The notes beneath the pieces were generated by a model, which saw only the letters and a program-made list of their open reading frames with translations, was not told the DNA's origin and did no database searches. Positions 9,983 through 18,722 of a DNA stretch of 64,000 nucleotides are shown here, one piece after another; the stretch's first letter is position 1, and every line of letters begins with the position of its first letter. Made by a program: the position numbers and the translations under genes. The DNA is from an uncultured Verrucomicrobiae bacterium (GTDB taxonomy: Bacteria > Verrucomicrobiota > Verrucomicrobiia > Limisphaerales > Palsa-1400): positions 1,280,001 to 1,344,000 of the forward strand of contig CAVXRD010000001.1 in assembly GCA_963764165.1 (NCBI GenBank), written 5' to 3'.

Positions 9983-11074
9983 CTAAAAGTTAATAATAAT
10001 CGGAGGGCCCGGCGGGCTTTGTCCTGGGATCGGATCGGAAGAAGCCGGCTCGGTTTCGACGACCGTAGCCAGAATCTGGCCGTAACCGTTCGAATAGATG
10101 AACTGGGAGGCGGAAGTCCAGTCCTGATTCAACGAACCTGCCAGCGACATGGCAATCTGGCGAATGGTTGAGCCGGAACCCGTCACCTGCATGTTATAAT
10201 TGCTGCAGGAAATGAAACTGCTCGTTTCATTAACATAACAGACGTCGTCAACAAAGCCCGGCATGTTGACGACAATCAGGCGCGGCGTGTACCCCTGATT
10301 GGTCAGGACGGTGCTGGCCAGAATCATGTAGTCGTAGGGCATGACAGCGCGAAAGTACTGCTGCCGCCTTGAATTGCTGAAGGAAACCGGTATCTCCTGC
10401 AGAGCGGGCGCATAAGCCATGTTCAGCAGTCCCTGGGCTTGCGATGATTGATTGCTCTGGGCTTCCTTGATTGCGTTCGTCAAAACCACATTCGTGACCG
10501 TCTCCCAGCTCGTTTGCGACGAGAGATTAGTCGTGCTCTGAATCGTGAACGCCGCTCCAACGGTTCCGGCAAGATTCAGGCTCGTCTCTCCTCCCTGGGA
10601 CTTTGCCATGATTAGGAACGGCGGAATGCCCCAAACATTGGTGGCCGGCAAGGAGGCTCCGGCAAGGTTGCTGTTGCTGCCGCTGTTGGTTGAACCAGCT
10701 GAGTTAGGCGCGTTAGTGGATGTGGATGAAAATGAGGGGCTCGGAGGGCCGCCAGGCGAGACGGACGGGCTGTTGGTAAAAACTGCTTCGTTGGAGAAGT
10801 CGCTGACAGTCCCGTCCGCCAAAACAGACTGCACCGCAATAAAACACACCTGGTTCTCAGGAAGGTTGGTAACGGACACGGTTGTCTGCGAGCTGGGATA
10901 GGTGTTGGTAAACGCATAAACGCCACTGCTCGCACCCCAGCAAACATTATACGCGCTCACGCCTGGAGTTTCCGATGGGTTCCAGGCAAGGGTTACTTGC
11001 CCGTAGCAAGCTGCGAACGGAGCGGTGGCCCACAAGATCGCGATCACGCCTGATCTAACAACGAGTGGCCTCAT
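9983..11074 (-). CDS. Secreted Fn3-domain protein, short paralogue of 7708-9789 lacking the internal repeats
   Basis: Similar N-terminal Fn3 domain and near-identical C-terminus (MPYDYMILASTVLTNQGYTPRLIVVNMPGFVDDVCYVNETSSFISCSNY). Confidence 0.85.
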   Translation of the reverse strand: MRPLVVRSGVIAILWATAPFAACYGQVTLAWNPSETPGVSAYNVCWGASSGVYAFTNTYPSSQTTVSVTNLPENQVCFIAVQSVLADGTVSDFSNEAVFTNSPSVSPGGPPSPSFSSTSTNAPNSAGSTNSGSNSNLAGASLPATNVWGIPPFLIMAKSQGGETSLNLAGTVGAAFTIQSTTNLSSQTSWETVTNVVLTNAIKEAQSNQSSQAQGLLNMAYAPALQEIPVSFSNSRRQQYFRAVMPYDYMILASTVLTNQGYTPRLIVVNMPGFVDDVCYVNETSSFISCSNYNMQVTGSGSTIRQIAMSLAGSLNQDWTSASQFIYSNGYGQILATVVETEPASSDPIPGQSPPGPPIIINF

Positions 11075-11346
11075 TTGAATCAAACACACAGCAAGCGTAG
11101 CCTGGCATGGCGCTCAGAGTCAACGTTTTTCGGCGCAAAATCGCGCCAGCAAGGTTCGAAACGCCTGCGCCGTCACCGGATGCCCCTTGTGATAAAATGG
11201 AAAGGGAACTGCCACATGAATTGGCCCAATCATGTCAATGAAAGTCTCGCAAATGTCCCATATGTGAGAGACCGTCGGGGGATGCCAATGGCATCCTAAT
11301 TCGCGAAAGCGCCCAATTTGAATCAGAAGCACATAAATTTACGCCG

Positions 11347-12498
11347 ATGAAGGATGCGATTGAAAAGCGACTGGTGGGACTTTTCCTTCTGATGCTGCTC
11401 ATCATTGCCGGGATGGCATGGATTTCCATCGACAACATCAAGCGCTCGAAGGACAAAACGGACTGGGTCAACCATGTTCATGCGGTGATCCTGGACGTCG
11501 ACAACATTTCTTCTTTCCTTCACGCCGGCGATGCCGCCATGAGCCAGTATTTGATAAGCGGAGACGGGAGAGACCAGGCCAATTACCGCACGTCATACAA
11601 GGCCATGTCCGAATGCCTCGAAGATGCCATAGCTTTGACCCGCTCGGATCCGTCCGAAGAAGGCCAGCAGAATGGCATTCTAAACCTGAAAAAATTGATC
11701 CAGAAGCACATCGATTTTACAAGAGAGCTTGTCCAAGCCCGCCAGAAGAGCGGAGTCGAGGGCGCCCGGCAAATCATGCTGACCCATCCAGACGGCGAAT
11801 CCACCAGTGATTTTGACCGGCAAAGCGCCTCAATCAATAACCTTGAAAAATCACTGCTGAAAACACGGGACACAGACGCCGTGCGCCAGGAGCAAAATAC
11901 GAAACACATCATAACGGCTGGTGTCTTCGTCAATGTGGCGCTGCTCGCCATCGCAAGCGTTTTGCTCCGCGATGATCTCCGGTCGCGCCGTCTCGCCGCC
12001 TCAGCCTTGGCAGAGGCGAACGCGCACCTTGAAGCGAAGGTTCAGGAGCGCACCGCCGAATTGGTTGAATCCAACCAGACACTTAAGAAGGAGAACCTGG
12101 AGCGCCGCTGGTCCAGCCAGGCCCTGGAACACCAGCTCCGCTACAATCAGTTAATTGTCAATTCCATCAGCGAAATGGTGTTCGTCATCAGCAAGGCCCT
12201 GAACATAAGCCGCGTCAATCCGGCAGTGACGCATCTGACGCAATGGGAGCCGCAGGATCTCATTTCCCAGTCTTTGGAGCGAGTGCTGAAACTGCCGCCT
12301 GGCGGGCCCGCCAATCCGCTCACGACCGCCTTGGACGGCGGCCGCGAACTGCAGGGGAGGCCCGCTTCCGTCCTTACGAAGTCCGGCGCCAGCATTCAAG
12401 TGCATTTCAATCTGATTCCCTTGCGTGATGACAATAAAGTGGTGGGAGGCGTGGTCACGGTCAGAACTGGCAGCGGCGCCGCGGCAAATGCGCCATGA
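11347..12498 (+). CDS. Membrane sensor with CHASE3-like periplasmic domain, coiled coil and PAS domain, without a kinase output domain
   Basis: TM helix, then WVNHVHAV...YLISGD (CHASE3-like), second TM, LEAKVQERTAEL, and a PAS domain (VNPAVTHLTQW...GGVVTVR), followed by the stop. Confidence 0.8.
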   Translation: MKDAIEKRLVGLFLLMLLIIAGMAWISIDNIKRSKDKTDWVNHVHAVILDVDNISSFLHAGDAAMSQYLISGDGRDQANYRTSYKAMSECLEDAIALTRSDPSEEGQQNGILNLKKLIQKHIDFTRELVQARQKSGVEGARQIMLTHPDGESTSDFDRQSASINNLEKSLLKTRDTDAVRQEQNTKHIITAGVFVNVALLAIASVLLRDDLRSRRLAASALAEANAHLEAKVQERTAELVESNQTLKKENLERRWSSQALEHQLRYNQLIVNSISEMVFVISKALNISRVNPAVTHLTQWEPQDLISQSLERVLKLPPGGPANPLTTALDGGRELQGRPASVLTKSGASIQVHFNLIPLRDDNKVVGGVVTVRTGSGAAANAP

Positions 12499-12896
12499 CC
12501 GGCCCTAGCTCCCACAGCTCAATACCCATGAAAAAGCACATTCTCTCGGTCGATGACGAAAAAGACATCCGCGAATTACTGCAAGAAAGCTTGACGATGA
12601 TGGGCTACCGAGTGAGCACGGCTGCCACTGCCGAGAGCGCCAAGAAAATTGCCCAGGCGGACCGGCCGGACCTGATCATCCTGGATTTTCAGATCGCGGA
12701 AAGCGATGGCTCGATTCTGATTGACGAATTTCGGAAGCTATATCCCGAAGTGCCCCTCATGCTCTTGACCGGCGCGGTGTTCGGAACGGAGGCTGTCCGG
12801 GAGACTATTTTGACGAGAGTAGCCAGCTATTTGGACAAAACGAGATCCCTTTCTGATATTTTCAACGAAGTCCAACGCCTCATTGGCAGCCCGTGA
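12495..12896 (+). CDS. Single-domain response regulator (CheY-like)
   Basis: ILSVDDE...PDLIILD...LLTG...YLDK; an alternative start lies at 12528. Confidence 0.85.
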   Translation: MTGPSSHSSIPMKKHILSVDDEKDIRELLQESLTMMGYRVSTAATAESAKKIAQADRPDLIILDFQIAESDGSILIDEFRKLYPEVPLMLLTGAVFGTEAVRETILTRVASYLDKTRSLSDIFNEVQRLIGSP

Positions 12897-13181
12897 TGAA
12901 CGGAGTGCGGTTTGGAAAGCGGTGTGGGTTGCTCGCGGCTTAAAGAGACGACACCAAAAAGACAGCCGCGCATATAAACATGTTGCTGGCCCTTCCGAGG
13001 CTGGCAAGGCCAGAGCCTCAAAATCCGCTATGACGCCGATGCCTTCTTCATATCGCTAATTCTATTGTCGCGCCGCGATGTTCTGGTAGGATTGAGGTTT
13101 CTATAATAATTAAATTAGAGCCCAAAGTTTTTCACTGCTTGTGCCAGCATTCAACATCTCGGATATGATTGAGGGATTTGC

Positions 13182-16106
13182 ATGAAGGCCGCCAGCCATC
13201 TGATATTTTTTTTAATCTTGCTCGCTGGCGCATCCCTGTCGAATGCCAGCCCGCTGGAGGACGATTACCAGGTAACGATTTACACCGTTGAGGACGGCCT
13301 CCCCGAGAACTCAATCCTGGGGCTCCAGCAGACGGCGGACGGCTACCTGTGGCTGGCATCATACGGGGGCCTGGTGCGCTTTGATGGAGTCCATTTCACG
13401 TCATTTGATCCCGGAAATACGCCAGAGTTAAGCGGAACCGGCGGCGTTTACATGCTCGGCTTGGATCGCGAGGGATATTTGTGGATCGTCACTGACGATT
13501 GGCGCGTGACGCGATTGAAAGACGGTCAGTTTGAACGTTGCTCCGGTCACTTTGGCCTGCCTGACATGCCGCTCAGCTTCGCCGGTGAAGGGCCCGAGGG
13601 GCGCATTGCATTTACCCATGTGCCATTCCAAACAAATATGATTATGTGGGAAAATGGACGATTCAACTCCATGCGCTTTCCACCAACCTTTTCCCTCTCC
13701 AACGCCGGCACTGTGCTGGTCGATCCCCAAGGCGATTTATGGACTATGGAAAATGGCGCGGCGCACCTTCTTGAGTGGCGTGAGCTCAAAAAGGAAGTTC
13801 CCGCGGCAGCCGGAACCAATATCATCACCGCGCACCCCTCCCGGGATGGCGGCTTATGGGCCGCCACGGCCTCAACCCTGCTGCATTGGAAAGACGGAAA
13901 ATGGACCGCTAGAGTCCCCTTGCGCGTCGTGCTCAACGACGCGACTACGATGCTGGAGGACCGTGCGGGAAATGTATGGATCGCCACTTGGACCCAAGGC
14001 CTGTGGCGCATGGATTCCTCCGGGGAACTCCATCTTTATCGCGGAACAGGAGGCAAACCGTTCCCGGCTATTCGCGCTTTGCTGGAAGATAGCGAAGGGA
14101 ACGTCTGGGCTGGGACAGACGGAATCGGCTTGCTGCGCATAAAAAAACGCTTCTTCGAGGTCATTGATTCGTCGCGCGGTCTTTCTGGCGAGACAATCCG
14201 CTCAGTCGCATGCGACACCCAAGACCGCGTTTGGGCCATCAGCCAAACCGGCCTGGATTGCATCGACGCAAAAAAAAGCAATCGCGTCACGCACGTGGCT
14301 GATTTTGTGCTGGGCTGGACCGTCTATTGCGACTCAGCAGACCATGTGTGGGTTGGAACCTTCCCGGGCAAATTGCGGCGATGGCAAAACGGTGGATTTC
14401 AGGATTTTCAGGGGCAAAAGGCGCTGCCGGCCATAACGTGTTTGTCCGAAGATGACCAAAAAGCGCTATGGGTGGGAACAGCCGACGGAATTTGGAGATT
14501 AACCAACGACGTCCTCAGGCGGGTGAATGTTCCCGTGGAGGCTTCGAGAGATGTCAAAGCCATCCTGGGATCGGAGCGCGCCGTTCTGGTTGGAACAAGC
14601 CGCACCGGCCTATGGCGGCTGCAGGATGGAGAATGGACTCACTTCCCCACCAACGGTTTCAACGACGCACGGGCGTTGCTGTCAGAATCCAACCATCTTT
14701 TCATTGGAACACATCGCCAGGGCCTTTGGGGTCTTGAGGGAGGCCGGCTGGCTCGATGCAGCCCAGATTCGGGATTGCCCCGCCAAATCAGTTGCCTGAT
14801 CGAGGATAATATGGGATGGCTCTGGTGCGGCTCAGCCCAGGGAATTTTCCGAATTCCTGTCAATCAAATTGGCTGGACCAATCCCACCGTTGTTCACTGG
14901 GGCAGGCCGGAGGGTCTCCTGTCCTCGGAATGCACCCCGGGACGCCAGCCCACCGCCTGCAAAACAAGCGATGGGCGCATCTGGTTCGCCACCAGCGGCG
15001 GCGTTAGCGTCATTGATCCCGCCGCCTTGACGACGAATACCATTCCTCCGCCAGTCCATATTGATACCGCTTTTGTCTATGGTTCGCATGGCTCTTTTTC
15101 CAACCTGACTGACCTCGCGGTGCCGCCAGGCGAAAATCGGCTGGAGATTCACTACACTGCCTCCAGCTTCACCGCGCCGGAAAGCGTGCGGTTCCGATTT
15201 AGGCTGGAGGGAGTGGATCAGGATTGGACAGAAGCCGGAAGCCGACGCGTGGCTTACTTTCAGGGTCTCGGCCCTGGCCATTATCATTTTCACGTCATTG
15301 CGTGCAACAACGACGGCTTGTGGAACAGCCAGGGAGCTGTTTTCGATTTCACGGTCCTGCCCTGGCTTTGGCAGCGAACCGGTTTTCAAGCGACGGTGGC
15401 GCTCATTGCCTTTGGGGGCGTCTGCCTGGCTTACCGGATGCGAATGGCCCGAGTGGCGGCAGTGAACGATCTGCGGTTGCGGATCGCCCGGGACCTCCAC
15501 GATGAAATCGGCGCAAATCTTGGCAGCATTGGCCTCAATATCCAACTCCTCATGGCTGAGGCGGCCGTCAATGATCAAGGCCACCGCGATCTGGCCAGCA
15601 TCGCCCAGCTCACCCGGCAAACCGCCCAGGCCGCCCGCGACATCGTCTGGATCACCAACCCAGACTTTGACAACGTCAGCGGCATGATCGCCCGCATGCG
15701 TGAACTGGCGGCCCTCATGCTGGCTGGCAAAAAATGGAATTTAGAAGCGCCCGAGAGCAGGCTGTCGGAGCCGCTCCGCGTCGAACTCCGGCGAAATGTT
15801 TTTTACGCCTTTAAGGAATGCCTCCACAACATCGTGAAACATTCCGACGCCACCTCAGTGGCCATTTCCGTGAAAACAGATGGAACCGTCCTGGAATTGA
15901 ACGTCCAGGACAACGGCCGCGGATTTGAGACTTCCGCGCCTCCCACTGGCAGCGGACTCCGCAATTTGGGCCGGCGCGCGGAGGAGTTGGGAGGCGCCAT
16001 TGCCGTCGTGAGCAAGGTCGGGCAAGGAACCAGCGTCCATTTGCGCGTTCCCATCGCGCGCCCGTGGAGCTTCTGGAAGAAATGGTCAGCTCACGAAAAA
16101 TCGTGA
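13182..16106 (+). CDS. Sensor histidine kinase with ligand-binding beta-propeller (Reg_prop), Y_Y_Y, HisKA_3 and HATPase domains
   Basis: DGLPENSI...QTADGYLWLAS..GLVRFDG; YFQGLGPGHYHFHVIACNNDGLW; RIARDLHDEIG; DNGRGF...GSGL. Confidence 0.93.
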   Translation: MKAASHLIFFLILLAGASLSNASPLEDDYQVTIYTVEDGLPENSILGLQQTADGYLWLASYGGLVRFDGVHFTSFDPGNTPELSGTGGVYMLGLDREGYLWIVTDDWRVTRLKDGQFERCSGHFGLPDMPLSFAGEGPEGRIAFTHVPFQTNMIMWENGRFNSMRFPPTFSLSNAGTVLVDPQGDLWTMENGAAHLLEWRELKKEVPAAAGTNIITAHPSRDGGLWAATASTLLHWKDGKWTARVPLRVVLNDATTMLEDRAGNVWIATWTQGLWRMDSSGELHLYRGTGGKPFPAIRALLEDSEGNVWAGTDGIGLLRIKKRFFEVIDSSRGLSGETIRSVACDTQDRVWAISQTGLDCIDAKKSNRVTHVADFVLGWTVYCDSADHVWVGTFPGKLRRWQNGGFQDFQGQKALPAITCLSEDDQKALWVGTADGIWRLTNDVLRRVNVPVEASRDVKAILGSERAVLVGTSRTGLWRLQDGEWTHFPTNGFNDARALLSESNHLFIGTHRQGLWGLEGGRLARCSPDSGLPRQISCLIEDNMGWLWCGSAQGIFRIPVNQIGWTNPTVVHWGRPEGLLSSECTPGRQPTACKTSDGRIWFATSGGVSVIDPAALTTNTIPPPVHIDTAFVYGSHGSFSNLTDLAVPPGENRLEIHYTASSFTAPESVRFRFRLEGVDQDWTEAGSRRVAYFQGLGPGHYHFHVIACNNDGLWNSQGAVFDFTVLPWLWQRTGFQATVALIAFGGVCLAYRMRMARVAAVNDLRLRIARDLHDEIGANLGSIGLNIQLLMAEAAVNDQGHRDLASIAQLTRQTAQAARDIVWITNPDFDNVSGMIARMRELAALMLAGKKWNLEAPESRLSEPLRVELRRNVFYAFKECLHNIVKHSDATSVAISVKTDGTVLELNVQDNGRGFETSAPPTGSGLRNLGRRAEELGGAIAVVSKVGQGTSVHLRVPIARPWSFWKKWSAHEKS

Positions 16107-16126
16107 GTAGGCAGGTCTCGTGAAAA

Positions 16127-16825
16127 ATGACTAAGATCACGCCGATGACCGAATCTCCTGACGCCTTGAGCGTGTGGATTGTTGAAGACAACGCAGCCTA
16201 CCGCCAAAGCCTGCTTCGCGTGTTATGCCGCATCGTCGACGCGCCCAATTTGCGCGCCTTTGCCGACGCGGAAGACATGCTGGCGGCTCTGGCGGCTGGC
16301 AATTTTCCCAGCGCGCTGCTGTTGGATCTCGGCCTGCCGGGCATGAGCGGCGCGGCGGCCTTGATGCGGGTGAAAGCCTTTGCTCCCCAGATACGCGTTA
16401 TCGTGCTCACATCCTTCGACGACCACCAATCCATCGCCGACGCCATTTGCGCGGGAGCCTCCGGTTATCTGCTTAAGACCGCGGAATTGACCAACATCAC
16501 CGACGCCATTCGGGAGGCCCTGGCTGGCGGCGCCCCGATGACGCCGCAAGTCGCCAGCATCGTTCTCGCGATGTTCGCGCAGCAAGGCCACGCCCGAACG
16601 GCACAACCCGAATATGGACTGAGCTCTCGCGAGCGCGAAACGCTGGATGGCATGGTGCGCGGATTAACCACCAAAGAAATCGCGGCGCAAATGGGCATCA
16701 GCTACCACACGGTGGACACGTATGTGCGGGCCGTCTATTCGAAGCTGGACGTTCAATCGCGAGGCGGCGCCATCGCCAAAGCCGTTCGCGAGAATCTTTC
16801 CCGCCCAATGAGGAGCCCAAACTAG
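16127..16825 (+). CDS. NarL/LuxR-family response regulator
   Basis: Receiver (IVEDN, LLDLGLPG, GYLLK) and HTH_LuxR (LSSRERETL...KEIAAQMGISYHTV). Confidence 0.93.
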   Translation: MTKITPMTESPDALSVWIVEDNAAYRQSLLRVLCRIVDAPNLRAFADAEDMLAALAAGNFPSALLLDLGLPGMSGAAALMRVKAFAPQIRVIVLTSFDDHQSIADAICAGASGYLLKTAELTNITDAIREALAGGAPMTPQVASIVLAMFAQQGHARTAQPEYGLSSRERETLDGMVRGLTTKEIAAQMGISYHTVDTYVRAVYSKLDVQSRGGAIAKAVRENLSRPMRSPN

Positions 16826-16872
16826 CCGCAGGTTCTGGCTCTCCCGAAAAACGCGCGGCAATCGCAGAAACC

Positions 16873-17382
16873 TTAACGAGAGCTTTTCGCACGCCAGCCT
16901 ATCCAACAGCCATTGGTGCCGACGAAATTGGTTTCGGCGCTGTATGCCGGAGGCGACCAATTCTTGTCTAAGTGAATTTCTGTGGTGACGCCAGGTTTGA
17001 CCCCAACCGGCACCGAAACCCATTCACCCAAATCTTCAGCCATGAGCGCCGTGATGTGGTAGGAGCCGGAAGCCAGGGGAACCTTTGCTGGTGTGGAATC
17101 ATATTTTCCAAGATTATTGTCGCCGATGTGCGCAATCAGCTTTCCGGCATCGTTGTAGATATAATACCCGGTGCGGCGCATGTTTTCGAACCCGTCCCAT
17201 GCTTGCGTTTCCATTTCTTTTGCGGTGAATACCTGCACTGCGCCCTTGCCTGAAGGATTCTGCGCAAGAAATGGATTGGGCCCGACGGCATCGGCAATTG
17301 GCACGGGATGAAGCGCACATCCTGACAGTAATAAAACCGCGCCCACGACCTGTGCGAATTGTTTGACAAGCATCATTTTCAC
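16873..17382 (-). CDS. Hypothetical lipoprotein at the end of the efflux operon
   Basis: Lipobox LLLSGC; begins 18 bp after the TolC gene on the same strand. Confidence 0.75.
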   Translation of the reverse strand: MKMMLVKQFAQVVGAVLLLSGCALHPVPIADAVGPNPFLAQNPSGKGAVQVFTAKEMETQAWDGFENMRRTGYYIYNDAGKLIAHIGDNNLGKYDSTPAKVPLASGSYHITALMAEDLGEWVSVPVGVKPGVTTEIHLDKNWSPPAYSAETNFVGTNGCWIGWRAKSSR

Positions 17383-17399
17383 TGCGAGTCACTTTCTTT

Positions 17400-18722
17400 T
17401 TATGGCTGTGTGCCCGTCCTCCCGAGTTGGTAATTCAATGCGGAATTTCGGATTTGGTATTGGTATCTCGCACGGGCTTGCTGAATTTTTGCCTGGGTCT
17501 GGGCGAGTTCAGCCTGGCTCAGTTCGACAATAGAACTGGAGCCGACTTGATACCTCTCATGGGCGAGGTCATAGGCTTTGTTCGCGCTGGCAAGAAGTTT
17601 GGTGGTTAAATCGACGCGCTTGACGGCATAATTCTCGTTCAGGATGGCAGCGCGCACGTCGCGAATGGCGTCGTTCTCGGCATTGCGCACCGTTTCATCC
17701 GCGAGTTGGGCTTCGAGTTGGGCTTTATCCTTTCGCGCTGTGTAAAGAAATCCCTCGAACAACGGGATGTGAATATTCAGGCCCGCCGCTTCGTAATTGT
17801 CTCCAATGGCCGAATAGTGAACAGGCAGATTCCCAGCGGCGGCATAGGCGTTGATGGTGGGATAATTAATGTCACGCTCCGCTTTGAAAAACTTTCGAGA
17901 GGCGTCGCGATCCAAGCGAACTTGCGCAAGATCGGGCCGGTGCGAGAGGGCCTCCTCAATCAGTGCCCAGTCGTTGGTGATGGCAGCGGTATGAAAATTC
18001 ATCTCGGCGAGGCCGAAATTGGTGGTGTTTCGGTCGCCGAGCAAATTCGCCAGGGAATTAAACGACGATTGCAAGTCTGTTTCGGCACTGGCAAGCAACA
18101 ATTTGCCACCCTCCAAATCCACTTCAGCAAAGGTGGCGTCGAGATCCGATTTAAGGCTGTTTTTCACCATCTCCGATATCTGGTCGAAGATCACCTGCCG
18201 CGTGGAAACAGTCTGGCGGGCGACTTCCAGGACGGACTGCGCTTCGAGCGCTCCGAAATAGGCAGAATCCACCGCGAACAGGATTTGTTCGCGCGTGGCC
18301 AGCGCACCCTGCTCGCGGGCGCGCGAATGAAGTTTGGAACTCGAAACCAGATTGGCCGTGCGTCCAAAATCGGTGATAAGCTGGCTGATATTCACGCCAT
18401 CGGCCTCACGCGGATAAATCGAAGAGGTCTGCAGAGTTCCGGCTGAAAGTGTATTGTTCTGGTCGTTGGGTGTTCCCACCGCCGTCAGTTCGCCATTCAC
18501 CATGGGATAAAACATGGCGCGCGCCTCGCGCACACTCTGCTTGGTGATCGACGCCTGCAAGTCAGCGATCCTGATTTTGGGGTAATTCTTGATCGCAATG
18601 TCGTGGGCCTCCTCCAGTGAAAGAGCCCGAGGTGCTGTGTTTGTGGTTTGCGCTGAAACAGACCACACCAGCATCACAGTGCAGCACAGGGCCAGCATTC
18701 GCGAAGATGAGATCAATTTCAT
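17400..18722 (-). CDS. TolC-family outer membrane efflux protein
   Basis: LSLEEAHDIAIKNYP; ERYQVGSSSIVELSQAE; overlaps the RND gene stop. Confidence 0.92.
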   Translation of the reverse strand: MKLISSSRMLALCCTVMLVWSVSAQTTNTAPRALSLEEAHDIAIKNYPKIRIADLQASITKQSVREARAMFYPMVNGELTAVGTPNDQNNTLSAGTLQTSSIYPREADGVNISQLITDFGRTANLVSSSKLHSRAREQGALATREQILFAVDSAYFGALEAQSVLEVARQTVSTRQVIFDQISEMVKNSLKSDLDATFAEVDLEGGKLLLASAETDLQSSFNSLANLLGDRNTTNFGLAEMNFHTAAITNDWALIEEALSHRPDLAQVRLDRDASRKFFKAERDINYPTINAYAAAGNLPVHYSAIGDNYEAAGLNIHIPLFEGFLYTARKDKAQLEAQLADETVRNAENDAIRDVRAAILNENYAVKRVDLTTKLLASANKAYDLAHERYQVGSSSIVELSQAELAQTQAKIQQARARYQYQIRNSALNYQLGRTGTQP

